Source: Nemertoderma westbladi (taxonomy: Eukaryota; Animalia; Xenacoelomorpha). Taken from it: a stretch of 53,900 nucleotides of DNA. A program made the position numbers and the translations under genes. The notes under the pieces are model-generated. The model did not search any database. It worked only from the letters and a program-made list of their open reading frames with translations, and was not told the DNA's origin. This document shows, piece after piece, positions 1-12,900 of the stretch. Each line of letters begins with the position of its first letter. Within the stretch, counting starts at the first letter, position 1. Where the stretch lies: contig JAUCBJ010008310.1 in assembly GCA_032718475.1 (NCBI GenBank), positions 1 through 53,900 of the forward strand, in the 5' to 3' direction.

Positions 1-364
1 TAATAATTTCCAATAAGATAATAATTTAGATGGGGATTGGATAAAAGAAAAATGTTATTATTCCTTTTACACTTTCTGTTTACCGGTACTATAATAAAAT
101 ATATACCCTAAAACTCGGGCTATTAAAGCCGGTCCATGCTTTCTTGGATTGGCCAATGAAACAAGGATGAAATATACCAGGCAATGAAATAGTGCTTATC
201 ACGTTACTGTAGGTCATTGGCATGGAAACCTTTGCTAAATAATTAGATCCCGTGAATCGTTAGGTCCCATGGGAAAAGAGCAGGTTATAAAGGCGCGTTG
301 GGAGAACCAAAACAATAAATAAAGTTAACCCCTAAAACCCGGTCCTAAAACTGCCATAAAAGTC

Positions 365-1255
365 AGTCGGACTGACAACCTTAAGTCCGTTGGACTGCCA
401 TTGGTCTATTGCACTGTCATTGGTCATGGTCAGTTGGACTTCCATTTGTCTGTCTGACTGCTTTAAACCGGCCTATTGTAGTGATATTGGTCTTTTGGAC
501 TGCCATTGGTTTCTTGGATTGCCATTGGTCTATTGGACTGTTTGATCTGTTTCTGTTGGACTGATTGACTTTTCTGACTATTATTGGTCCATTGCACTGC
601 CATAAGTGGGTCGGACTGCAATTGGTCTGTTGGACTTCCTTTGGTCTGTTGGACTTCCATTGGTTTATTTGACTGCCATTGGTCCATGTTGCACGCAGCC
701 ATTGGTCTGTTGGACTTCCATTGGTCTGTTGGACTTCCATTGGTCTGTTGGACTTCCATTGGTCTGTTGGACTCCCTTTGGTCTGTTGGACTTCCATTGG
801 TTTATTTGACTGCCATTGGTCCGTGTTGCACTGACATTGGTCCGTGTTGGACTGCCATTGGTCCGTGTTGCACTGCCATTGGTCTGTTGGACTTCCATTG
901 GTATGTTGGACTTCCATTGGTCTGTTGGACTTCCATTGGTCTGTTGGACTCCCTTTGGTCTGTTGGACTTCCATTGGTTTATTTGACTGCCATTGGTCCG
1001 TGTTGCACTGCCATTGGTCTGTTGGACTTCCATTGGTATGTTGGACTTCCATTGGTCTGTTGGACTTCCATTGGTCTGTTGGACTCCCTTTGGTCTGTTA
1101 GACTTCCATTGGTTTATTTGACTGCCATTGGTCCGTGTTGCACTGCCATTGGTCTGTTGCACTTCCATTGGTCTGTTGGACTTCCTTTGGTCTGTTGGAC
1201 TTCCATTGGTTTATTTGACTGCCATTGGTCCGTGTTGCACAGACATTGGTCTGTT
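365..1255. repeat. 19-bp minisatellite (TTGGTCTGTTGGACTTCCA) with 21-bp variants and a ~135-bp higher-order repeat
   Basis: The tandem units are directly visible. The variant TTGGTTTATTTGACTGCCA recurs at ~660, 797, 974, 1109 and 1206 (974 to 1109 = 135 bp). The array degenerates toward its left end. Confidence 0.95.
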
Positions 1256-1419
1256 TTTAGTGGAATTTCGGACATTATTGACATTTAGTGCCCTTCGGTC
1301 CTAGAGGGGAATATAAAAGAATCAACGTTTTTTAAACTTTTCCGTAATTGTATTTATTCAATTATCGGTATATAACTTTTTACTTAGAACTGAACTGAAC
1401 TAATCTCATAATGTTTTAG

Positions 1420-1580
1420 GTCAATTATGAGACTAAGCAGCGCGTTCTACGGCGTATCGAGAATGAATGGCGATTGACCAATCAGCGCGCAAGCGATAGC
1501 GTTAACACGTGGTCTGTGTCTGCTGTGGTCGCTGGAATTGTTCATAACATACAGCTGGATGTATCGAATATCCAGATAAG
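1420..1580 (+). CDS. VPS13D: VPS13D internal coding exon (N-terminal chorein region)
   Basis: Acceptor ttttag|G and donor AG|gtgccg. Translates VNYETKQRVLRRIENEW...IVHNIQLDVSNIQIR, resembling VPS13D 'IVENIELKIQDVHLR'. It ends in phase 2, matching the next exon. Confidence 0.85.
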
Positions 1581-1799
1581 GTGCCGTTATTTTCATTAAA
1601 TTAATTATTTATCCCTGTGGGGTCGTTATATTCCATAAGTTCATAAGTCTCCAACCATCAGTTTCATCCACATTGACATAATAATGACACAATAAATAAT
1701 GCTAGACTTATTTTGGAAATCCTCAACTATATATAAATGCATACAATGTACCTACAATGTACGTGTGACGCGATTATATTAATTTAATTATGGATTTCA

Positions 1800-2075
1800 T
1801 ATATCGTAGCTTAAGAGTCATAGAAAGGGCTTTTAGTCAAAAATTGTAATTGTTCATAAGAGCATATAAAAGATATAGGGCCTTTCTGCAGTAGTATTGC
1901 CCAATAGAATTATTGGATTTCACTTTACCACGCAATAATCATCACTTCCCATTGGTTAACGTGTTCCAAACTTCACCAGCTGACAGAGTATGTCTTAAAG
2001 TATGTAATTATTGTATAAAAAGTAAAATCCGTCAAAAATCGACTTAGGGCCTAATGAAACTTAAGCTACGATATA
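1800..2075. mobile_element. Small MITE (~275 bp) in a VPS13D intron
   Basis: Inverted repeat TATATCGTAGCTTAAG (1800-1815) / CTTAAGCTACGATATA (2060-2075). The outer TA may be the target duplication. Confidence 0.6.
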
Positions 2076-2265
2076 GTAAGTAGTCTGGGGCCATTTTAGA
2101 ACTAAAAGGCCCAAAATGTTGGTATATAGATCTAGCTAGATTGTATGTTAGTATAATGTTAGCACCCAGTAATATGAATTATATAGTTATATTATAAAGT
2201 TGTTATATTTTTAATTTATATAATCACGTATATTTTATTTTTTATTAACATTTCGATTATTATAG

Positions 2266-2386
2266 ATATTTGGACAATGTAACCATACCGGATTGCCCGT
2301 TCGTTCTTGGTTTACAAGTGGGTTGTCTGTCTGCAGTTAGTACTGATAACCAATGGCAATCTGGCGTCTACATCCAACCATCTAGT
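2266..2386 (+). CDS. VPS13D: VPS13D internal coding exon
   Basis: Acceptor tatag|A and donor AGT|gtaagt. Translates (R)YLDNVTIPDCPFVLGLQVGCLSAVSTDNQWQSG..., matching the VPS13 'RxEDxxTxPxxPFxxG...STDxxW' pattern. Phases 2 to 0 are consistent with neighbours. Confidence 0.9.
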
Positions 2387-2744
2387 GTAAGTCTTTCTAA
2401 CTATAGGGCCCGGAACACGAAAGCCGATTGCAATATTTCCAGAAATTAAACAATTTCTTGCAAACGGTCTTATTACTCATTGGTATTACATCGGTAAACT
2501 ATTGTTTACAAGTTTTTCTACTGACAGGGAAAATTTTATGGTTGATTGCACATACACTAGCAAGCCGGTTATCAACAAGCAGACACGCAACAGGCTCTAG
2601 TTTGTAGTGATGCTTCCCATGGTTAGTTGCACGTCATTGCATTATCCGTTCTCCATTCCGTTTGCGCTTCCCACGTCACTCTAGCTTTTCACTTTCTGTA
2701 CTGCTGTAAATACCTACCTAACGTGTTTATACTTAACTTGATTT

Positions 2745-3863
2745 ATTAAATCCACGAAGCTAAGGAAAATCAACTACTTTCGCTAAGAAAGATTTTCCTT
2801 AGTTTCCATGGCAACGGACTTAGAAAAAAGTCTATGTATTTCAAGTCAATATTTATAACTCTATTTAGTCTATTTGTAGGAAAACTATAATACATATAAA
2901 CTTGGGGTTTCTCACCACAACTATAAGGTCCATAGCAGAGCCGATTGAGGTTAAATAGAAAATCCAGTTACCTAGGCAACCGGGCTAAACAGATGTTAAA
3001 ATTTATTAAATGTTAATTTGAAGCCTAAGGTTAAGATGTTATGACTTGGGACCAACCCCTACCCCCACTATATAACTTATTCTGCGTCCGAATTTGATTG
3101 TTCTATTTTGCAGTTACCATGACAACCGCTGAAACATGTGTTTTTATACAAAAATTATTCATTTGGACATAGACTTAACGATAAAATTTTACGAAACTGG
3201 GTATGTGTTATCTGGACCACTAGTTGGAACTTTTAGTGAAACTCAAATCATTCCAGAAATATATAGTTACCATGGTAACTGTAGTTTATTAAAGTCTACA
3301 TCATTCAAGTCTATATTCATAACTCTATTTGTAGCAAAACTGTAATATATATAAACTTGGGGTTTTGCAACTCATCTATAAGGTCCATATACAAGCCGTT
3401 CGAGGTTAATTTGAAAATCCAGCTACCATAGCAACAAAATTAAACAGATGTTAAAATTTATACACTGATAATTCGAAGCACAAGTTAATAGTATTATGAC
3501 TTGGGACCAAAACCTACCCCCACTATATGACTTATTGTGCATCCGAATTACATTGTTCTATTTTTCTGATTCCATGACAACCACTGCAAACAGATGCATT
3601 TTGATAGATAGAAAATTGGTAATTTGGACATAAACTACAATATTTTCTGAAACTCGATATGTGTTATCTGAACCACAATCTGGACTGAATCTTTTTTCAA
3701 AGGTAAAACCAACAGTTTCAGAGAACTTTAGTTTCCATGGGAATATAAGTTAATTATTGGCAAATACTACTAAACTAGGCTAAGCAATTAACCAAAGTAT
3801 GGCCGTCTGTTTAATTTTCCTTAGCTTCGTGGTTGCATTTCCTTTAGGAAATGCCTTTCTAGT
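2745..3863. mobile_element. Helentron-associated non-autonomous element (HINE/DINE-1-like) with internal tandem repeats
   Basis: 19-bp subterminal inverted repeats CCACGAAGCTAAGGAAAAT (2752-2770) / ATTTTCCTTAGCTTCGTGG (3814-3832). An extra partial IR lies at 2791-2802. A 3' hairpin GCATTTCC-TTTA-GGAAATGC (3835-3854) is followed by CTAGT. The interior holds a ~464-bp duplicated block. Confidence 0.7.
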
Positions 3864-3989
3864 AAATTAAAGTATAAATTTAATATATTAATACTACTTG
3901 GGCCCTTATATCATTATACAGAACGTCACAGATAGTGATAGACATCATACAGAGTTCGATACTCTGACTACTACTTTCATACTTTGCAG

Positions 3990-6900
3990 ATTTCCTTCAA
4001 ACTTATTGAATTGGTTGATATTTTGCTATACTTGGACGTATGCGTACCCAGCAGAAGCCATCATCACCAGTCAGATAAGTTGGAACACACCCACCTGATT
4101 GCCCCTGTGCATGTTACCGCTAAGCTACAACGGGATCTCAGCAATCAAGCCTTGAAAACTCGCAGCAAAGCGCGTGTTTCCTGCGACCTTTCGGTGCAGA
4201 ATATATCACTAAGTTTTACAGATATACAATATCATATTATTGCCTCACTAGTCAAGGAAATTGAACGTTACCAGGCTTCTAGGAGATATATACACCACCG
4301 CCCCGAGTCAACTGTTCATCAAGCTCCTAAGGATTGGTGGAATTTTGCCAAAAATTGCTTATTTGAGGATTTTGTTAAACAAAGACCTTCGTGGACTTCC
4401 GTAATTAGATCTGCCAGCGAAAATGTCCAATATTGTTCCATATACCGTTTAATACTTTTAGATAAAAAACCTATGCCTTATGAAGAAAAAATATTTAAGG
4501 ACATCGAGTCTTCTAGAACTCTTACGGAATTGAAGATCTTGCGCACTTTGGTTATGAGTAAAGTAGAGGATGAGATTAATAAAGAAGATGTTACTGCAAG
4601 TGCTGGAAATGGTCTTATTAATTCTAATGGTAAGGCAAAACAATCGTGGGCAAATTATCTATACAGTTGGGTTCCAAGTGGGTGGTCGACTATTGATCAA
4701 TCAGATAGTTCAGTATCTGCAGACAATAAGCAATACATTGAAGAAGAGGAAGTCATCGATGTGCTTGAAAGTTTGTCGACTGATAATTCAATGAAGCACA
4801 AGGATGCGGTGTTTTTACGATTAAATTTTTCTTTAATTCGTGGTAGTCTAACACTTTTACAACATAAATTAGTTTCTAATGTATTTAAATCCGTTTTGTG
4901 TTTAAACTTTGATGATTTAAATTTGGCAGTGCATATAAGACCAAGGTCCCGAACTGTTGCATACTTGCTCCATCTTGGATCATTATACCTCAATGATTTA
5001 TTGGCATCAACTACATCGGCATTCCCAACCTTGGTATCACCAAAACTCAGTGCAAAGAACAGTGAACCAGCCTCACACAACACTGACTCAAATCATCTGT
5101 TTGAACTAATGTATGAAAGATCGTCTATGACAACATCAAAAACACACAAATTGAATGTAAAAACATTGCCATTGGACATTGTTTACAGACCAAGTGCCCT
5201 AGAAACGGTGTCTGAGTTGTTTACTAAAAATCCGCTTCCTAAGATTGCCTTACAAAGGTATTCGGATTTTAAGGAGTCAACAGGACGCCATATTCAAGGG
5301 CACCTTTGTGCTCTATTGGATGGTTCCATCACCCCAGTTACGTGGGAAATTAACCTACAGTTGGCCACCCCACGTGTTTTTATTCCAGAGCCAATGAGCT
5401 ATACTAAAGACAACAGCCACCTTTCTTTAGTTATGCTTGATTTGGGACAATTACATTTTCGCAATGTAGAGAGTTCAGATAAAACTTTAACTGTTGTAGA
5501 TGGTGGTTTAGATGTAGAGGAAGAAGAATTTGTCACACCGTTGAGCAGTCCTGACAATGATGATGACTATTTGTCTTTACTAGCTGATTTTAAGGAGAAT
5601 TCATCTATAAATAGTGAGGCTAACATTTCCTATGAGAACTATACGGTTGAACTTAGTGATATTGAGGTAATGGTTGGTACATTAAGTGATATCTCCAATT
5701 TTAACTCAGTGCATTTTCTTAATTTAATTGACAAGTTTTCTATATCTTTAATGCTTGAACGTCGCATAGTCCATACAATAAACCCTTTATTTCCATTGTT
5801 TAAAGTATCTGGGTCATTGCCATCTTTGACTTGCCATCTTAGTGAAGTCAAAGTAAAGAGTTTGTTGGATTGTTGTCAAAGGAGTCCAGTTCTGCAACCC
5901 AAAGTATCGAGTATGGATCTTCCAACATCAATATCTGCCATACCCAAAGATGATATACATGGGTCTCCATGGTTGAAAACAACCACGAACCTCCTCGCTG
6001 CTAATTTTTGTATTGAAGTCATTGCTGTTGGCCTTCACAATCAAGATATATCTCTGGCTGAACTGAAGGTGTTTGGAGTAGTTGTGAGTGTCCTCAAAAA
6101 ACAGAACTCTGCATCATTTTCGGCATGTGTGGAGGGAATGCTTTTGGTAGATGCTCTGAATAACTATGGTCCGAATTTCGAATTACTGGCAGCTTCCCAT
6201 CGCAATCTCATTATGGATATGCCGAGTGGTAGTATTGTTGATTCGGTGCTTCACAGCCCAGCTTCACCTCAAACAGTTCAACCCACAAACGATTCATCCT
6301 TTTCTGATCTCGCTGCAGCTTTGAAGGATGTAAAAACTCAAGAGATTATGCAAGAATTGTTTGGTAGAAGTAATACTGTTGATAACTTGATCAGTATCGA
6401 TATTGATTGGGTGTCAGCTGATGCGAATACACAAAATCATTCACTGCTTATAGCTAACTGTAACTTAAATAATTTAGATGTAGTTGCTATTCAAGAATCT
6501 TTTGCTGAATTACATAAGTTTGTATTGTCCTTGGTTAGGCTACTTCGACCCCCAAGTAACCACAGTTGTCCAACAACAGTGTCACCAGTTCCTAGTGTCA
6601 TCAGTAAATTGAAACATTTGCATGATTTTGAGCCCAGTCCCTTGACATCATCGTCAAGCGAATATTACTCTTATCACAACATGGACATGGATATTGATGA
6701 TGAAAATAGTCCACATAAATCGATAGGAACTTTATCATCACCATCACAAGCTTTTGCATCGCCATATTCTAATATAAGTAACATATCGAAGAGCGTTTCT
6801 GAACAATATCTTAACAATCAAGGATTTTGGTTGTTTTCTCCTGCCTCTGGAATAGGTTCACAAGAAGTACTTTCTGAACGAAATGCTCTGAAAATTGAAG

Positions 6901-9900
6901 TATTCGTCAATATCAAGTCTTTAAATATTTTACTTGTTACTCAACCTGTATCCCAAGTCTCCCAGAATGATTGTAGATTAGAAAAAGTAGCCACTATTGG
7001 CATATCATCTGCAAAAGTTGTTGTATCTCAATATAAATCATTGTCAGTGAAAGGTTCATTGGGGGGTGTTGAGCTTCGCGATATCTTCACACATGAGAAT
7101 CCTAACCCTATTATATTTCAAGTGGGTAAAATGGCCGTGTCTAATAATGGCTTAGTCGATGTTGACAACATGATAAAGGCCATAAATTTATCATTTATTG
7201 ATGAGGATTCTGCTGGGTCATCTTTTTCAGGTGAAATTGCTTCCGTTCAATACAATCACAATGCTATATTTCTGTATACTTTACAACGTTGTCTACATGA
7301 ATTCCATTTCAATCTTTTATTAGTCAAGAATTCCATCACCAATGTTGCAAGTGATATTGCCCAAACTCTAATTGATGATATATCAGTATTGAATGATGAA
7401 ACGGATCAAACTATTGTTGATAATGATTGTATTTCTGGAACACCAAGTCCAAGTAGAAGACGAAATCTTCTCAAAGTTTGTATTACCCTCGAAACACCAA
7501 TTATTTCTTTGCCGACCAACTCTTCAAGAAGGGAGATCTTGGTAATTGAACTTGGTCGAATGATTATTAATCATTGTCAGGGGAAACCATTTTACTTCAC
7601 CATAGACAACATGAATGCAGTTAGTATTTCAAAGACGGGGGTTTCAACACCTTGTTTTATTAATGGCAATATTCCTTTAAGTGACATTCAAACGTGTGTA
7701 GAAACGTATCTTTTGCATAATGTTTCATTTGAACTAAAGGCATCGAAGGATATTTGTACATCAACTTTAAAAGTTGAGGGTGGATTGCCAATGCCTGTTA
7801 GGCTATCACTCACTAAAGCTACTTTCAATCAACTGGTCAAGACAATTGATAATTTGGTGTTTGACCCTGCTAATGAAACCACAGAATTACCCTCACCAGA
7901 GCCAGTGATTAAGTCACCTCAACAAACGCTAACATTCGCCCAGAAGCAGCTTCAATCTAAGATTTCTGGCAATTTTACACTTCCATCATTTACTGTCACT
8001 TTAAATGGCGATCTGTCTGAAGGACTCCAAGAGATGATTCAACTAACTGTTACAAATTTGACAGCAAGTATCAACTGCCCAGAGCGCTACCTTGTACAGG
8101 CTGTGTTAGAACTAGAGTCATTAGTGGTTGAGGATCTTCTTCAGCCAGTTGGCTCAGAATTTAGAATTATGGTTGATTCTCGATCCAAACCAAGCAGCCA
8201 TAATTCTTCCATTATAAGTACATCATGCCCATTGCCAAATAGTAGTGATATAAAATCAATGTTAGAAGCCCCAAACTCATTTCCAGGTATTCTAGCTGTG
8301 AACTCTTTGAGACCATTTAATGTATTTGGAGAATCTTCGAGGGATGTTCCAATGGGTCCCTTAAAAGAGCAAAAGCAAAAGACAGTAAAGCTACTTCAAG
8401 TATTTGTTGATTTAGTTGACAGAAAACATTCCAATTTTAAAAGCATCCATGATAGTTGTAATAGAAATGTTGTTGTGCATTTTAATACTTTGAGAACTGT
8501 AGTTAATGTTCAGACATGGGTAATGTTTTTGGATTTCTTTGGTGTAGGAACGGTAAAATATGATGAATCTAATGCTTCTGCACTATTTTCATTACAAGTG
8601 TCTCAGAATATTGTAGACAATGGCAGTGGCTACGACTTGAATTTGACCATTAAGGAAGATGTTCATATCAACACAAAATTAGATATAAAGGTAGAAAGTC
8701 TTGATTTGATTTTAAAAGATCCCAGTCATCCTTTAGCGAAAGTTTCGATTTCAAGATTCTCATGTTTTGGTAAAGATTATGATGGCAATATTGATGTTCA
8801 AGGAGAGTTGGGGAGGCTTTTAGTGGTTGATTTGACACCCCATGGGGTCCTGTATAGAGAACGATTTACAACAACTGGTAGTCATGCAGTTCAGTATAAA
8901 ATTTTCAAATATGGTGAACGTGACCCAGAATTGAAAAGGGACTGGGATGCAAGTGTTAAGGTGACTATGAGTTCTGTCCGATACACTCATACTAATCGTT
9001 TCCAATCTGAAATTCTTGGGTTTTTACAACATTTCGCCCAGCTCCAAGATGTTGTCAACAGGATGCGAGCTGCCGGTGTAGGTGAGGTTGTGGCTGAAAC
9101 TATGAACCATGGTATTAGAATACTAGTCAAGGTAGACATCCATGGCCCTGTATTAATCCTTCCCCACAGCTCTGGTGATCCACAGTGTATCATTTTCAAC
9201 ACATCTGATGTGTCTGTTGTCAATCAACATATCCAAAAGCAACTTAATGCTAGCAGTGATTTACCATATTGTCTAGTTGATGACATGGACATTATTTTGC
9301 ATCAGGTAGACATATATTCTGGTCACACCACAAGTGTGGAAAGTGAAAAGTGGTATACATTTGATAATTCTACTCTGGCTTTTCCATCATATACCATTAA
9401 AAGAGATGAATATAATATGTTGGAGAAATCTATTAAAATTCGAATAAATGTTATTCGTAATTTAGATCAAGACTACACACATGCTATTCCAGATATTGAG
9501 GCAATTGTGTGGCTGTCAATGGCTCATGCAAGGCTGAATTTAAAACAATATAAACTTATAAAGGGTTTCCTTTCTCATAATTTAGGTGAATGTCTTGATG
9601 AATTGAAGACAAAACTAAGGGTATACTTACCTTCAGCAGTAACCTCTGAGGCGGTTGTTAAATCCTTATGGACTTCAGTAATAGTAAACTTCATTCTTTC
9701 AGATGTCTGTTTTGAGTTAGTAACCGATATTGGGTTTTTGGACAACCTTGAACGACCTTTTGCATCCATTAATTTTAGAAAATCTAAACTAGTAATTTCA
9801 AACTTTTCCGATGGCTCTCGAAGTACTAATTTGATCTCAGAAGTTATCATCTGTGGTGATATGAGACAGGGAACAGATAATGTTTATCGGGAAATTTTGG

Positions 9901-12900
9901 CTCAAAGCAGGAAAATGAATGAAAAAAACAATGACCAGCTGCAATTAGAAATTCATACAAAAGTTACTAAACAGGGCACTGTCACTTCTGTGATATTTAA
10001 CAACATAAGAGTCTATGTGATAGCTGATTGGATTATTGAAGTTAACAATTTCTTATCTACTCCTTCCGATAATCCGCAAAATCGAATTTTTGTTCGAGTA
10101 AATGAGAAGAATCAGATAAATTTTCCAATGGACCGCCATACTAGTATTAGTAGCACAGGAAGTGGAAATACTGTAAGAAGTGGTTCAACTGCAGCCATGG
10201 TCAAACCCGGCATAATTACTCAGCTTTCTCTGTCTACTTCACCAACATACAGTGGGGGTTCTTCATCATCAAAACTGCTTCATGTTGATTCTGGTATACT
10301 GATGCGAGGGTCTGCAATCAGTAATGCTGCACTTGCCAATAATAACTTCGAATTGAAAGTAAATACTAATCACACAGAGTTTGTATTTTTAGAAAAACAA
10401 AACATATGTAACTCTTTAGCTGTTGTGCTTCGGATTAGTGCTTTCATAGTGTACCGGCCACAATATCTGCATAAACCACTGGCATGTAACTTTCAATCCT
10501 TGGATGTTTTTTCTTGTTTCCTTGGTCGAGAAAGAGATACATCTCTTAGCATTATTGATCCTTTCTCATTAGTTATTGATCTGGTTTCCACCGAAAACAA
10601 GGGTTTGTCCAACTTATCCTCATTATCTGTTGTTGAAGCTGTTCTCCAACCACTAACTATGAGGGTCTCCTACAACGATGTCAAATTGTTTCTCGCAATT
10701 CTTGATTCAACTAAGAATTCCATATCTAGAGCCCGAATTTTCCCATCGTGTGATGTACAGCATACAGAAAACAATCAAGATAGCAGATTATGTGATAATT
10801 ATGATGAGTCTATGTTTAATCCACATTGTATGTCATGTGTTGTCAATGGAAACTATATAAATTTTGTACTCATTGATGATTGTGGTCAGTGTGATATTCC
10901 TCTCATCAAGCTAGAACTTACTTGTGGGAAAGCCAGTTGCAGCTTCAAAAACATTAATGGTCAACTTAAAACTGTTGTTTGTATTGACTATTATAATAGA
11001 TCTTTATCAGGTTGGGAACCTATTGTTGAGCCTTGGCCTTCAGAATTTACTTGGGATTATAAGAATGGGGGATGTTCTGTATTTACTGCCTCATCGAAAG
11101 AATACCTTGATATAACTGTAACGGATACTTTACTGGATCTTATACGTACCACTCGGTCTGTATGGATAGAAGACATTACAAGAAATCCCGAATGCCTCAC
11201 GCAATACCGCCAACCATTTTACCCATTTAAATTTATAAATCATACTGGTGTACGATTGCTGTATTATGCTGTTCAGCTAGAGGGGATGGCTAAGAACTGG
11301 GGAACCAATAATCACTCATCATTTTGGAAGTCAGCCATTGCAATTAATCCACATGAAGAATGCTATATAGAGTTTGCTGGATGTAAAGTAACTAGGCAGC
11401 ACCAGAGCAGCGATGTTCTGACTTCACACAGGCTTCTTTACCTGTGGCTGGACAAAATGCAAGAGGTGCCAGCTGTATTTATTGATAGAGTAGGAACATT
11501 TCTTAGGGAAGTTGGATCAATGCGACATACGAGCATGGTAGTTGAAGTCAGTCTTGTTGGAAAATCTAAGGCCCAAAAAGCTATCACTGTTCGGTCTTCT
11601 TTGTTGATTATTAATCAAATGTCTATGACGCTTTCCATTTTACTTCGCAATCCTAGAGATAAAAACGTTTTTGAATTCATTGATATCGAGCAGTTCCAGT
11701 CATTACCAGTTCCTCTTAATAAAACCACATGGAATATATATATTAAGCCAAAGCATGGTTCATTATCATATTGCGATAGACCTATCACATGGGAAATGTT
11801 TTGTGATGAATCATCAAAAGAGGAATACCTACAATGCAAGTGGGAACGTGATTCAAAACCACCTTTTCGGTTCTGCGCCACTAAAACTTCAAAAATACAT
11901 TCACCATTGTGCGGCAGTGATTCAAACATAAGTGAAAGTACAAGTGTGTCTGGACGCTGCATAACTCTATTCCCAGGAATTATAGTAACCAACCAACTTC
12001 CAGTAGATTGTACAGTTTCAATTACATATCCCTCAACAAGTTACGGGTCAGTTGCCGAGTTCACGATAGCTCCAAACTCATTGATGCCATTGTATTCAGT
12101 CGATGTTCTGCGAGATATACAGATTAGTATTTTATCAGATGACTTCCCAAATTGCATTCCATTGACTATTCCTAATGGCGTCCGAGATAGTGATGTCAAC
12201 ATTCGAGTCACCGATAATCAAGGTCGACCATTGGATCTTCAGCTATCAATACAGAAGAATCCCAACGCTCATATGCAGTTATCGATTTCAGCCAGTTACT
12301 TAATTGTTAACTTGTCTTCCATTCCTTTAATATTTAAGCAACAAGACTCTCCCATGGATGCTGCAGGTCAGGACACTGAGAATGAGATTTGCGTTAATAA
12401 AAATCCTCTCATGTTTTCATTTTGTGCGACACAGCTTCCTGCGAAACTGCAAATGCGTCTTGGGCACGGCATGTGTGCTAAAGGTGATAGTATTCCCGAT
12501 TTTTGCCATCGTTTTAACCTCGAAGGAAATGGGTTGCGGCCTTGCAGAATGCGTACAGGGGATCGTTTCAAACCGGAAATTGTCTACAATGTTTGTTATG
12601 AGAGTCAAGTTGGCAGTGGAAAACACAGTTCCACTTGCATCGTCACTTTACTACCTCAGTTCCAACTCCACAACCTCACCTCATACAATTGCTATATTAT
12701 GCAATCATGGCAGGTCACTGATCGCCATACATCTCCAAGCGGCGGTAATGGTTTGGTTTTAGCTTCAAACTCTTACATTAGCTTTCATTGGCCACGCTTT
12801 GATTTGGACCACTTGCTACGTATTCAAGCTGTAGCCATTCCTGGTTGTCAGTGGTCTGGTGGTTTTGAAGTTGAAACAGTCTCGGCATTTTTTGTGAGTA

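Noticed and set aside
417-1288. Several 60-234-aa ORFs on both strands
   Set aside because: They are translations of the 19/21-bp minisatellite with no independent coding evidence.
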